From Acidobacteriota bacterium (lineage in GTDB: Bacteria > Acidobacteriota > Vicinamibacteria > Vicinamibacterales > UBA2999): DNA of 64,000 bases. The stretch covers positions 64,090 through 128,089 of the forward strand of contig JAUSDY010000076.1 in the NCBI GenBank assembly GCA_030650395.1, written 5' to 3'. Under the pieces are notes generated by a model. The model was not told the origin of the DNA. It was given only the letters and a program-made list of their open reading frames with translations, and searched no databases. Shown one piece after another: positions 45,968 through 55,870 of this stretch. The first letter of the stretch is position 1; every line of letters begins with the position of its first letter. Position numbers and translations under genes: made by a program.

Positions 45968-47221
45968 ATGCTGCTGAACGTCCTGATGGCCCTGACGGTC
46001 ATCATGATCACCGCACGACTGGTCGGGATGCTGTTCGCGCGGCTTCACCAGCCGCCCGTGATGGGCGAGGTCGTCGGCGGCCTCCTGCTCGGTCCATCGG
46101 TGTTCGGACGCCTTTCGCCCGAAGCGGCGGCCTTCCTCCTGCCGCCGGCGTCGGCGCCGTTGCTGAGCGTCATTGCGCAGCTGGGCGTGATTCTCTACAT
46201 GTTCCTGGTCGGCCTCGAGCTCGACCTGCCCGCGCTTCGCGGCAGCATCGCGATCACACTCTCGATCTCGCTGGCCAGCATCGTCGTTCCGTTCGCGCTG
46301 GGCGTCGCCCTGGCGTGGCAGCTGTACGACGCGCTCGCCCCAGACGGCGTGATGTTCGCGTCGTTCGCGTTGTTTCTCGGCGTGTCGATGTCGATCACCG
46401 CCTTCCCGGTGCTGGCGCGCATTCTCGAGGATCGCGGGCTGCAGCGGACCCACCTCGGCATGCTCGCGCTGACCTGCGCGGCGATGAACGATGCGGTGGC
46501 GTGGTGCCTGCTGGCGTTTGTCGTCAGCGTGACTCGGGCCACTCCGGGTGGCGCGATCGTCACCGTCGCGCTCACGGCGATCTATGTCGCGTTGATGTTG
46601 ACCGTTGGACGCCGCGTGATGATCTCGACCGTGGCCCGGCTCGACCGGGCCAACCGCATCGGCGAGCAGAGCCTTGCCCTCGTGCTGGTCGCCGTGCTGC
46701 TCTCGGCGCTGGCGACCGAGTTGATCGGCATTCACGCGATCTTTGGCGCGTTCCTGATCGGCGCGATCATTCCGAGAGACAGCGCGATCGCCACGCACGT
46801 GACCGAACGGATCGAAGACATCGTCCGCGTGATGTTTCTGCCGGCGTTCTTCGCCGTCACCGGCCTGCGGACCGAAATCGGCCTCGTGCGCACCGCCGAC
46901 GACTGGCTGCTCTGCGGCGTCATCATTGTCGTCGCCACCGCCGGAAAGTTCGGCGGCACGCTGCTCGCCTCGCGTATCGTCGGGCTCGACTGGCGCAACA
47001 GCGCGGCCCTCGGCATCCTGATGAATACCCGCGGCCTCGTCGAATTGATCGTGCTGAACATCGGCCTCGACCTCGGCGTGATTTCCCCTCGCCTGTTCAC
47101 GATGCTGGTGATCATGGCGCTCGTCACGACGCTCATGACCTCGCCAATTCTGTCGGCGCTGCTCAAATCGCGGCCGTGGGCCGAGCCAGGTCAAAAGCTC
47201 ACCAGCTCACCAGGTCAATAG
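45968..47221 (+). CDS. cation:proton antiporter (CPA2/Kef-type Na+/H+ exchanger family)
   Basis: 417 aa with about 12 TM segments. The N-terminus is ITARLVGMLFARLHQPPVMGEVVGGLLLGPS. Confidence 0.85.
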   Translation: MLLNVLMALTVIMITARLVGMLFARLHQPPVMGEVVGGLLLGPSVFGRLSPEAAAFLLPPASAPLLSVIAQLGVILYMFLVGLELDLPALRGSIAITLSISLASIVVPFALGVALAWQLYDALAPDGVMFASFALFLGVSMSITAFPVLARILEDRGLQRTHLGMLALTCAAMNDAVAWCLLAFVVSVTRATPGGAIVTVALTAIYVALMLTVGRRVMISTVARLDRANRIGEQSLALVLVAVLLSALATELIGIHAIFGAFLIGAIIPRDSAIATHVTERIEDIVRVMFLPAFFAVTGLRTEIGLVRTADDWLLCGVIIVVATAGKFGGTLLASRIVGLDWRNSAALGILMNTRGLVELIVLNIGLDLGVISPRLFTMLVIMALVTTLMTSPILSALLKSRPWAEPGQKLTSSPGQ

Positions 47222-47240
47222 ATTCAGGCGTTGCGTTTCC

Positions 47241-47288
47241 TGTTGCCTTTCAACACATGATGTGAGATTTTCCTGTTGGCTATCAACA
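47241..47288. promoter_or_regulatory. two candidate PadR operators (TGTTG-N5-CAACA)
   Basis: TGTTGcctttCAACA lies at 47241-47255 and TGTTGgctatCAACA at 47274-47288. Both sit within a ~22-bp direct repeat, and the second abuts the padR ATG. Confidence 0.4.
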
Positions 47289-47620
47289 TGACACCCAATA
47301 GCGAAGTTCCGTACGGCACCCTCGACCTGATGGTGCTCAAGACACTGGCCGGACTCGGGCCGCTACACGGGTATGGCATCGCGCGCCGCATCGAGCAGGT
47401 GGCGGAAGGCTCGCTCGCGCTCAACCAGGGGACGATCTACCCGGCGTTGCTTCGCCTCGAACAAAAGGCGTGGATCAAGAGCGAATGGGGCACCAGCGAG
47501 AACAACCGCCGCGCACGCTTTTACGCGATTACGGCAACCGGGCGCCGCCGGCTTGCCGCCGAAGCGAGCAGTTGGGAGCGGACGGTGGCAATGGTCAACA
47601 GGCTTCTGGCCACAGATTGA
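47288..47620 (+). CDS. PadR-family transcriptional regulator
   Basis: The sequence is LDLMVLKTLAGLGPLHGYGIARRIE...GTIYPALLRLEQKAWIKSEWGTSENNRRARFYAITATGRRRL. ATG 47288 is preferred over the TTG at 47276. Confidence 0.9.
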   Translation: MTPNSEVPYGTLDLMVLKTLAGLGPLHGYGIARRIEQVAEGSLALNQGTIYPALLRLEQKAWIKSEWGTSENNRRARFYAITATGRRRLAAEASSWERTVAMVNRLLATD

Positions 47621-47645
47621 CGCAGATCAAGAACCGGGGCCGCAG

Positions 47646-50327
47646 ATGACGCCGATGACGCCGATCTCCAATGCCTGGTCTTCCGTACGAACAATAATCT
47701 CGCGACTGCTCGATCTCCTGCTGCGCCGCCAGCGAGAGGATCGTCTGTCTCAGGAAATTCAGGCGCATCTCGATTTGCTGACGGAGGAGCACGTTGCGGG
47801 CGGGATTTCTCTGGCCGACGCGCGCCTGGCCGCACGCAAGAGTTTCGGCGGCGTGGATCAAGTCAAGGTGCACTACCGCGAACAACGGGGCTTGCCCATC
47901 GTTGATGCGTGGTTGCAGGACGCGCGCTTCGCCGTCCGTCTGCTCGCTCGCGATCGCGGCTTCGCCCTGACCGCAATCGTGGTGCTCGCCTTCGGCATCG
48001 GCGTGAACCACATGTTCGTCACGATGGTCTACGCGCACAAGTTCCGCGGCCTGCCGATCGACCGGCCGGATCGTGTGCTCTTCATCTCGACCTACGACGA
48101 TCGGGCGCCCGACCGGCTTGTCTCACTTCCGGACCTCGAGGACATCCGCGGCGAACAGCGCACGTTCGAGGGACTGGCCGCTTACATGGGAAGCGTGGTC
48201 ACGATTGGTGATGAAGGGCGCGCACCCGATCGCTTCGACGCTGCCTACCTGTCGTCGAATGCTCTCGCCCTGATCGGCGTCAGGCCGCTCGCCGGACGCG
48301 GGCCCGAACCGCAGGAAGACCGGCCCGGCGCGGCGCCGGTCGTCATGCTCGGCGCCGACGCGTGGCGGACCCGTTACGGTAGTGATCCATCGATCGTTGG
48401 CCGATCGATCCTGGTCAACGGGTCGCCGGCGACGGTTGTCGGGATCATCCCGGATCGCTCGGGGTTTCCGAGCGTGGCCGGCATCTGGCTGCCGCTCGGG
48501 CAGCTCCCCGGTCTCGCCAATCTGAAGAGAGACAGTAGAAACTTGCGGGTCTTTGGCCGGTTGCGCGACGGTTCGACCGAGTCCGACGCCCGGGCCGAAA
48601 TTCAAAGCATCGTCGGGCGGCTCGAGGCCGCGCATCCCGACACGAATCGCAACCTGCGGGCGCGAGTGACGCCGATCAACGAGCGCTTGTTGGGCAACCT
48701 CGATGGCTGGATGCCCTTCATCACAGCTGCCGTGATCGTGATCCTCGTGGCGTCCGCCAACGTCGCCAACCTGATGATGGCGCGGGCGATGCATCGCGCG
48801 CCCGAGATGGCGATCCGGACATCGCTCGGCGCCAGCCGCTTCCGCCTGATCCGCCAGCTGATCATCGAGGGCATGGTCCTCGCGGCAATCGGCGGCGCCC
48901 TCGGCCTGGCGTTTTCGACCGCCGGCGTGCGGCTCGTCCAATCCGCGATTCCGCAGAACATGCTGCCGTACTGGCTCGACTACTCGACGGACGCGGGGAC
49001 CCTTGCCTTGCTCGTTGGCGTCTCGTTCGCCTCGGTCTTCGTCTTCGGATTGATTCCTGCCCTGCAAGCATCGAAGATCGACGTCAATCAGACTCTGAAA
49101 GACGGCAGCCGGAGCGGCCACCGCGGCCGCGCGACGCGAGTGTGGACGGCCGCGTTCCTGGTTGCCGAACTGGCGCTGGCCACGGTCCTGCTCGCGCAGG
49201 TCGCGCTCGGCAACGTGACGGCGCGACGGACCGTGCCCACCGATGCGGCGCTGCGGACCACCGCGGTGATGACAGCGGCGGTGACGCTACCCGCCGACAA
49301 CTACCCCACCGCAGGTGAGCGCGGTGAGTTCTTCCGCCGGCTCGAGGAACGCCTTCACGCGCAGCCGGCCGTCGCGGCGACGGCCCTAACGACGTTCCTG
49401 CCGGTGTCGAGCGTCCGGCCGACCGAGCGGAGCCCCGAGGTTGAAGGGCGCGCGCCTGGCGAGATCGCCGCGCCGGGTGTCTCGGTGATCGACATCGATG
49501 GTGGCTACTTCAACACTCTCGGTCTCACGCTGACCCGCGGACGCAGGTTTTCAGATCGCGATGGCTCGCCGGGCCAGGCCACAGCCATTGTCAACGAACG
49601 GTTCGTCGAGATGTTCCTGTCCGATGCGGATCCGCTCGGACGGCGAATTTTTTTGGTGACGGCAAACGCCCCGGCCACGACGCCGCGGCTGTGGACAACG
49701 ATCATTGGCGTCGCTCCTTCGATTCGCCAGCATGCGGTGCCGGAACCCGGACCCGTGGTCTACCTGCCCATTCACGCCGCTACGCCGGGCGCAGCCACGC
49801 TCATGGTGCGCACTAACCTGGAGCCATCAGGCGTGGCGTCACTCCTGCGCGACGAGGCGCGCGCGATCGATCCCAACGTGCCGTTGTACCGGATGCAAAC
49901 GCTGGAGGCGGCCATCACCGACGCACTGTGGAATTCACGAGTGTCCAACTACCTGTCGCTCACGGTCACGATCCTGAGCCTGATCCTGGCCACGGTCGGG
50001 CTCTACGCTGTGACTGCGCACGGCGTCACTCTCCGGACACGAGAGATCGGCGTCCGCATGGCGCTCGGCGCGAGATCGTTCCAGGTGAGCGGGCTGATAC
50101 TCCGAAGCGTGAGAATCCCGTTGGCGCTCGGACTCCTACTTGGCGTGGCGGGCGCGCTCGCGTGGGACCGGATGTTCTCTTCGGGCCTTGCCGACGTATC
50201 TGCCAGCGAACCGGAGGCCATCCTGATAATCGCCGCGATCATGGCAACCGTGGTCACGCTCGCGTGCTTCATCCCCGTCCGCAAGGCGACGCGGATGAAT
50301 CCGGTCTCCGCCTTGCGCCACGAATGA
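47646..50327 (+). CDS. ADOP-type duplicated FtsX/MacB-like permease
   Basis: 893 aa from ATG 47646. The track ORF from 47373 overlaps padR out of frame. It has two FtsX modules and an N-terminal amphipathic region ..RRQREDRLSQEIQAHLDLL typical of PadR-linked permeases. Confidence 0.9.
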   Translation: MTPMTPISNAWSSVRTIISRLLDLLLRRQREDRLSQEIQAHLDLLTEEHVAGGISLADARLAARKSFGGVDQVKVHYREQRGLPIVDAWLQDARFAVRLLARDRGFALTAIVVLAFGIGVNHMFVTMVYAHKFRGLPIDRPDRVLFISTYDDRAPDRLVSLPDLEDIRGEQRTFEGLAAYMGSVVTIGDEGRAPDRFDAAYLSSNALALIGVRPLAGRGPEPQEDRPGAAPVVMLGADAWRTRYGSDPSIVGRSILVNGSPATVVGIIPDRSGFPSVAGIWLPLGQLPGLANLKRDSRNLRVFGRLRDGSTESDARAEIQSIVGRLEAAHPDTNRNLRARVTPINERLLGNLDGWMPFITAAVIVILVASANVANLMMARAMHRAPEMAIRTSLGASRFRLIRQLIIEGMVLAAIGGALGLAFSTAGVRLVQSAIPQNMLPYWLDYSTDAGTLALLVGVSFASVFVFGLIPALQASKIDVNQTLKDGSRSGHRGRATRVWTAAFLVAELALATVLLAQVALGNVTARRTVPTDAALRTTAVMTAAVTLPADNYPTAGERGEFFRRLEERLHAQPAVAATALTTFLPVSSVRPTERSPEVEGRAPGEIAAPGVSVIDIDGGYFNTLGLTLTRGRRFSDRDGSPGQATAIVNERFVEMFLSDADPLGRRIFLVTANAPATTPRLWTTIIGVAPSIRQHAVPEPGPVVYLPIHAATPGAATLMVRTNLEPSGVASLLRDEARAIDPNVPLYRMQTLEAAITDALWNSRVSNYLSLTVTILSLILATVGLYAVTAHGVTLRTREIGVRMALGARSFQVSGLILRSVRIPLALGLLLGVAGALAWDRMFSSGLADVSASEPEAILIIAAIMATVVTLACFIPVRKATRMNPVSALRHE

Positions 50328-50453
50328 AGATTTCTCGAGCACCTTGAATAAAATATCTGTGTAATCTGTGTCATCTGTGGCCCTGGTGATGGGTATCTGC
50401 GTCGTCCGCGGCCTCGTGAACAACCGTGAGAAGTTGTCGAGCGTCAGAAGCCT

Positions 50454-51737
50454 ATGCGTATCCCCGGGTTGAAACACCTTCTTCTGGTCGGCGGCTTCGC
50501 CAGCCTGGTCGCTCCAGCCTCGATGGCCCAGGCGCCATCTGCGGCTTGGACCCAATGGGGAGGGCCGACTCGCGATTTCATGGTCGCGTCGACAGGCTTG
50601 GCCAACAGTTGGCCCGCCAGCGGCCCGAAACGACTGTGGACCCGCGCGCTCGGCGAGGGCCACTCGGCGATCCTCGTGGAAGGCGGCCGGCTCTACACGA
50701 TGTACCGGCCGCTCGGTTTGCTGTCGGCGGTGCGCCGCAGCCAGGAAGAAGTGGTGACCGCACTCGATGCGGCCTCGGGTCAAACCATCTGGGAATACCG
50801 CTATGCCTCGCCGACCGCCGGGGCGGATTTCAGCCAGGGCGCCGGCCCGCACGCCACACCGCTCATCGTCGGCAATCGACTCGTCGCCGTGGGATCGCGG
50901 CGCGAGTTCGTCGCGCTCGACAAGAACACCGGCAAGGTGCTGTGGTCGCATGATCTGATCAAGGACTACGGCGCGCCCTCGGTCAATCGCGGCATGGCGA
51001 ACAGTCCGCTGCTCTACAACAACACCATCCTGCTTCCGATAGGAGGCAAGTCGCAGGCGCTGGGCGCATTCAATCCCGACACCGGCGTGCTGGTGTGGAA
51101 GGCCGGCGACGTCGAGTACGCGCCCGCATCACCCGTGCTGATCACCGTTGACGGTCAGAACCAGGTAGTCCTGTTCGGCGGCGATCGCATCGCCGGGATG
51201 GATCCGTCGAACGGCAAGACGCTGTGGAGTCATCCGCACAAGACGGACTATGGCTTGAACATCAGTACGCCGATCTGGTCGCCCGCCGATCACCTGCTGA
51301 TCTTTTCGTCGGCTTATGGCACCGGCAGCCGCGCGCTCGAGCTGCGCCAGTCGGGCGGCGCCACCACCGTCGTTGAAAAGTGGGCGCTCAACCGCGTGCG
51401 CGTGCACATCGGGTCGATCATCCGGATCGGCGACATGGCCTACATGTCGAGCGGCGACTTTGGCCCGGCATTTCTTTCGGCGGTCAACGTCAAGACCGGC
51501 GCCATGGCGTGGCAGGACCGCGCCTTCGCGCGCGCGCAGTTGCTCTACGCCGACAACAAACTGGTCGTGCTCGACGAAGACGGCGTGCTCGGCCTCGCGA
51601 CGGTTTCACCGCAGGGCTTGAAAGTGCTCGCCCGCGCCCAGATTCTCGAACACCTCGCATGGACCCCGCCCACCCTCGTCGGCCGCACGTTGTACGTCCG
51701 CGATCGACAAACCATCGCCGCCTACGACCTGTCGTAG
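50454..51737 (+). CDS. PQQ-like (BamB-type) beta-propeller protein, full length
   Basis: 427 aa with a signal peptide and repeated LW/VW blade motifs. Its stop TAG lies inside a GTAGAGGCGGGTC REP head. Confidence 0.85.
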   Translation: MRIPGLKHLLLVGGFASLVAPASMAQAPSAAWTQWGGPTRDFMVASTGLANSWPASGPKRLWTRALGEGHSAILVEGGRLYTMYRPLGLLSAVRRSQEEVVTALDAASGQTIWEYRYASPTAGADFSQGAGPHATPLIVGNRLVAVGSRREFVALDKNTGKVLWSHDLIKDYGAPSVNRGMANSPLLYNNTILLPIGGKSQALGAFNPDTGVLVWKAGDVEYAPASPVLITVDGQNQVVLFGGDRIAGMDPSNGKTLWSHPHKTDYGLNISTPIWSPADHLLIFSSAYGTGSRALELRQSGGATTVVEKWALNRVRVHIGSIIRIGDMAYMSSGDFGPAFLSAVNVKTGAMAWQDRAFARAQLLYADNKLVVLDEDGVLGLATVSPQGLKVLARAQILEHLAWTPPTLVGRTLYVRDRQTIAAYDLS

Positions 51738-51778
51738 AGGCGGGTCATTGGGTTACGATGATCGATAACGCAAGCCGT

Positions 51779-51803
51779 CGTAGGGCACCCCTTTACGGGG
51801 TGC
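51779..51803 (+). repeat. GTAG-headed REP-like hairpin
   Basis: The sequence is GTAGGGCACCCCtttacGGGGTGCC. It has the same head as 7355-7364. Confidence 0.5.
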
Positions 51804-51827
51804 CGCAGGCTTTCGAAGGAGATACTG

Positions 51828-52370
51828 ATGAAGAGATCCGTTCTGGCCCTCGCGGTGACTGCGCTGGCGCTTGGCGCCGCGCTCAATGCGCAGAAGACCA
51901 CCACGCTCAAGACCGGCGGCGGCGGAAGCCCGCACGTCCGTACCGATTGGACGATCGACGGCGGCACCCTCTCGATCGAATACGGCCGGCCCTCCCTGAA
52001 GGGCCGCGTCCCCGGCAAGGACGTCGACCCCTACGACGGCAGGGAATGGCGCACCGGCGCGGATGAAGCGACCACGCTCAAGACCGACAAGATGCTGATG
52101 TTCGGCAACTTGCACGTGCCCGCCGGCACGTACACGATCTACACGATTCCCACCGGTGGCACCTGGCACCTCGTGCTCAGCAAGAAGACCGGCCAGTGGG
52201 GCATTCCGTATCCGAAGGGTGAGGACCTCGGCCGCGCGCCGATGACGCTCGGCAAGGCGCCTGCGGCCGCCGAACAACTGACGTTCTCGATCCAGGACAC
52301 GCCGGCGGGCGCAACGCTTCACATCGATTGGGGCACGACGCGGGCGAGCATTCCGTTTACGATCGGTTGA
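51828..52370 (+). CDS. DUF2911-family secreted protein
   Basis: 180 aa with an AAGGAG RBS and a signal peptide. Motifs are GRPSLKGR...PAGTYTIYTIP..WHLVLSK and ATLHIDWG. Confidence 0.75.
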   Translation: MKRSVLALAVTALALGAALNAQKTTTLKTGGGGSPHVRTDWTIDGGTLSIEYGRPSLKGRVPGKDVDPYDGREWRTGADEATTLKTDKMLMFGNLHVPAGTYTIYTIPTGGTWHLVLSKKTGQWGIPYPKGEDLGRAPMTLGKAPAAAEQLTFSIQDTPAGATLHIDWGTTRASIPFTIG

Positions 52371-52974
52371 TCCGTTGGTAATCGGCGGGCGTATCAAGAT
52401 CGATAAACGCCCCTTCGTCTGTCACGGGCACGTCGAGGATCCGCGTGCGATGCGTGGCGAACACCGCCTTCGCGCCGACACGCGGGTCCGCGGCCCTCAG
52501 CTCGTCGAACACCGACGCATCGAAGATCACCGGGTGCCCGTGGCGATCGCCATCGACGGGCCTGGTGATCGGCGCGCGGCTCGATCGCCACGCGCGCAGC
52601 ACCGCCGCCACAGTATCGGGCCGCACCAGCGGAACGTCCACGAGCGTCACGAGCAGCGCTTCGAGCTGCGGATCGGCCACGGCGTCGAGCCCCGCCACAA
52701 GCGACGACAGTTGCCCCTGTGCCCAACCCTGATGCTCGACGAGATGAAGCCGCCGGTCGGTTGACGGCATCGCCGACCGGACCGCGTCGATGTGGGCGCC
52801 GGCCACCACCGTGACATCGGTCACCCCGCCGGCGAGCAGGCCCCGGATGACGCGGGCCAGCACCGTTTCGCCCGTCGGGCCCAGCGGCAAGACCGCCTTG
52901 GCCCGGCCCATCCGAGACGACGCCCCCGCGGCCAGGACCACGGCGCAAATCAACGCGACCCCTCTGTCGACCAT
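52357..52974 (-). CDS. MobA/MocA-like nucleotidyltransferase (molybdenum-cofactor cytidylyl/guanylyl-transferase family)
   Basis: The sequence is ALICAVVLAAGASSRMGRAKAVLPLG...VTLVDVP. The internal ATG at 52974 is chosen to avoid overlap with the upstream permease. Confidence 0.75.
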   Translation of the reverse strand: MVDRGVALICAVVLAAGASSRMGRAKAVLPLGPTGETVLARVIRGLLAGGVTDVTVVAGAHIDAVRSAMPSTDRRLHLVEHQGWAQGQLSSLVAGLDAVADPQLEALLVTLVDVPLVRPDTVAAVLRAWRSSRAPITRPVDGDRHGHPVIFDASVFDELRAADPRVGAKAVFATHRTRILDVPVTDEGAFIDLDTPADYQRINRS

Positions 52975-52984
52975 GATCTCATCG

Positions 52985-55474
52985 CTATTCGCTGCGCAAC
53001 GCCGACGTCGGAGATACCATGGACGCCCGTAGAGCAGGCCCAAAGCAAGCCAGCACGCTCACCAGCACGAAGAGAAGGGAGCCCGCGGCGAGCATCGTCG
53101 GATCCGACGAACTGAGACCGAACAGCATTGACGCGGTCAGCCGGCCCGCCGCCAACGCGCACGGAATGCCAATCGCCACACCCGCCAACGTGAGCGACAG
53201 GCCGTCTCGCAGCACCATCCCCAGAACGACTGGTCGCGACGCTCCCAACGCCATTCTAAGCCCGATCTCGCGGGTACGTCGCGAGACCGAATGTGTCAGC
53301 AGCGCGAACAGACCAATCGACGACGTAAGAGCGGCACACGCGGCCCCCGCTGACGACAGCCACGCCATCAGCCGTTCCTGATTCAGGGCAATGTCGATCT
53401 GTTCTTCGAGCGAGTACAGCCTCCGCGCGTATTCGCGGCCCATGCGAGAAACGGTGTCGGCAACGGCGCGATCGATCGATGATGCCTCCACACTCGTCCG
53501 GAATACGACCACCGGCGTCCGGAAGAACCGCGGTTCCTGCGCCTTCGGCCGAAATGCGACGGGCTGATGCGAGACTCGGTAACCGCCCATCGTCGCGTCG
53601 CGCACGATGCCGATGATCTCGACGGAGCGGCGAGCGGGGTCATCGCCAATGCGAATCCTCTGGCCGATGGCGTCGCCGGCCGGAAAGAGTCGCCGGCTCA
53701 GCGCTTCGTTGACGATTGTGACCGCAGGATTCTGGAGATCGTCGCTCCACCGGATGTCGCGGCCCCCGAGTACCGGGATTCCAACCGTCTCGAAGAACTT
53801 CGGCGAGACGAATTCCATCATGCCCGTTGCGGCTTCGGCCCCGTTCGCCGCCCCTGACTTTGCGATGGCGTATTCGGCGACCAGACTGCCGAAATTGAAG
53901 AACGCCGGAAAGTGGTGCGAGAGGGCCACCGAGTCGATACCGGGCAGGGCTGACAGGCGATCCACCAGATCGGGATAGTACGTCGCGTCATTCAGATCTC
54001 GGTAGCCACCCGGCTGCGCGAAGAGGCGAGTCCAACGAATATTGTCCGTGGGGACTCCGGAATCGAGGCCGCGCAGCCGCGCAAGCGTTGCCGCAAATAG
54101 CCCGGCCGTGAAGATCAGTACCAGAGACAACGCGACTTGCGCCACGAGCAAACCCTTGGCCCAGCGGCCAGTGACTGACGTCACGCTCCTGACCGGACGC
54201 AGGCTCGTGTGCCTGCTCGCACTCCATGCGGGCAGCACGCCGATGAGCGCACTGATGCCGAAGGAAGCCGCGGCCGTCCAGCCCAGCACACGCCAATCGG
54301 GTGTCACAGACAGCATCAGCGGCGTGGCACTTTCCCAGAGAAGATTGGTCAACGCTTGCGACGCCCACCATGCGATGAAAATGCCGGCGCCGATGCCCAC
54401 CACTGAAAGGATCCAGCTCTCGATCAGGATCTGGCGCGCTAGACGACCTCCCGTTGCGCCGAGCGCGATGTGTATGGCCCACTCGTGACGGCGATCGGCG
54501 GTTCGCGCAAGGAGAAGGCCCGCGAGATTGACGCAGCCAATCGCCAGGAGCAGGGCGGTGGTCCAGGCGAGGGCAAACAACAGGTCGCCGCGCCGCGTGC
54601 GCAGATTCGAGAAACCGTTCGCGAGCGACTCTAACTTGATGCGCTGCGTCCTCACGTCAGACAGTTCTGTTGCATTCAGACCGGGCGGGATCGCGTTCGC
54701 GCGTAGAGTCGGCCACGCCGCCTCGATCACGGTACGCGCTTGGTCCAGAGACACGCCCTGACGCAGGCGTCCGACGGCATTGAGGCCGCGAAGGGGTCTC
54801 GCCGGTGCTGATGGAAATTGGTTGGTGGCAAGTTGCCGGCCGAGCACCGCCGCCGGTACCGAGAAATCGACGCCCATCTCGATATACAGACCTGTGTACT
54901 CGGGTGGCATGACGCCGATAATCGTGAACGAGACAGCATTGATCAGCAGTCGGTCGCCAATTGCACTGGGATCGGAGGCGTAGTGCCGGCGCCAGAACCG
55001 ATGACTGATTACGGTCACCGCTGCTGCAGGGCCACCTGCAGGTCCGTCAGTCGGGTCGAAAAACCGTCCGAGGACGGGCGCGAGGCCAAGGGCTTCGTGG
55101 AATCCCGGCGTCACCGCTTCGATCCCACCCTCAGTCGCGACTCCGCGCGCTTCCGCCCAGAGCACGCCGCCGCCCGAGTACAAACCAAGCGTCTCGAACG
55201 CGGACTGCTTGGCTATTTCCACAACCGTGGCGTGGTAGATCATCCTGGCCTGTTGACCTCGTTCGTCCGTAGTGGAGAGGGCAACCAACTGGCCGGGATT
55301 ACGGAGGGGGAGCGGCCGGAGCGCGACCGCGTTCAGAATGCTGAGGATCGCCGTGAGCGCGCCAACGGTGAGGGCCAGAACGCCGACGACGGAGCTCGCG
55401 AGCCCCGGCGCTCGCGTGACCTGCCGAATCGCACGACGCATGTCTTCGAACAAACGGTTCGTCGCCTTCATCAT
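52985..55474 (-). CDS. ADOP-type duplicated FtsX/MacB-like permease
   Basis: 829 aa and the third paralogue. There is no PadR gene upstream; an XRE-family gene lies there instead. Confidence 0.9.
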   Translation of the reverse strand: MMKATNRLFEDMRRAIRQVTRAPGLASSVVGVLALTVGALTAILSILNAVALRPLPLRNPGQLVALSTTDERGQQARMIYHATVVEIAKQSAFETLGLYSGGGVLWAEARGVATEGGIEAVTPGFHEALGLAPVLGRFFDPTDGPAGGPAAAVTVISHRFWRRHYASDPSAIGDRLLINAVSFTIIGVMPPEYTGLYIEMGVDFSVPAAVLGRQLATNQFPSAPARPLRGLNAVGRLRQGVSLDQARTVIEAAWPTLRANAIPPGLNATELSDVRTQRIKLESLANGFSNLRTRRGDLLFALAWTTALLLAIGCVNLAGLLLARTADRRHEWAIHIALGATGGRLARQILIESWILSVVGIGAGIFIAWWASQALTNLLWESATPLMLSVTPDWRVLGWTAAASFGISALIGVLPAWSASRHTSLRPVRSVTSVTGRWAKGLLVAQVALSLVLIFTAGLFAATLARLRGLDSGVPTDNIRWTRLFAQPGGYRDLNDATYYPDLVDRLSALPGIDSVALSHHFPAFFNFGSLVAEYAIAKSGAANGAEAATGMMEFVSPKFFETVGIPVLGGRDIRWSDDLQNPAVTIVNEALSRRLFPAGDAIGQRIRIGDDPARRSVEIIGIVRDATMGGYRVSHQPVAFRPKAQEPRFFRTPVVVFRTSVEASSIDRAVADTVSRMGREYARRLYSLEEQIDIALNQERLMAWLSSAGAACAALTSSIGLFALLTHSVSRRTREIGLRMALGASRPVVLGMVLRDGLSLTLAGVAIGIPCALAAGRLTASMLFGLSSSDPTMLAAGSLLFVLVSVLACFGPALRASMVSPTSALRSE

Positions 55475-55586
55475 GTCGAAGGGCCGGGACCTCGCCCGCG
55501 ACGCGGTCCCGGCCTCGCCGTCTGCTGGGGGGCAGATCCGACGCGGTTCGTTGGACGAGTCTGTCGTCTACTGATCGACTACAAGC

Positions 55587-55820
55587 TCATGGCGCCCGCT
55601 TCTGGCGGAACGGCGCAAAAAACTCGGCCAGCGACAGCCCGAGACCGGCCGCGAGTTTCGCCGCAGCCGTGATCCCGATGTCGCGCTCGCCACGTTCGAC
55701 ACTGCCGACGTAGTTTCGGTGCAACCCGGCTCGCGCCGCCAGTTCTTCCTGCGATACGGACCGCTGCGTGCGCAATTCTCGTACGCGCCGTCCAATCGCG
55801 ACGCGCAACTCAAGGGCCAC
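55587..55820 (-). CDS. XRE-family HTH transcriptional regulator
   Basis: 77 aa. The sequence is IGRRVRELRTQRSVSQEELAARAGLHRNYVGSVERGERDIGITAAAKLAAGLGLSLAEFF. Confidence 0.8.
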   Translation of the reverse strand: MALELRVAIGRRVRELRTQRSVSQEELAARAGLHRNYVGSVERGERDIGITAAAKLAAGLGLSLAEFFAPFRQKRAP

Positions 55821-55856
55821 GACCGTATGGTCGATGGCTTGAACACGACCGGTCTA

Positions 55857-55870
55857 CACACTATAGTGTG
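55857..55870. promoter_or_regulatory. perfect 14-bp palindrome, candidate XRE operator
   Basis: CACACTATAGTGTG lies in the divergent intergenic region and contains a TATAGT -10-like hexamer. Confidence 0.4.

Noticed and set aside
45836-47194. 452-aa minus-strand ORF
   Set aside because: It is antisense to the CPA2 antiporter gene and extremely Arg/Asp/Glu/His-rich with no hydrophobic core, so it is an artefact. The same applies to 22828..24213(-), 24664..25968(-), 26352..28493(+), 42466..44127(-), 17830..18738(-), 19044..20015(-) and 58819..59787(-).
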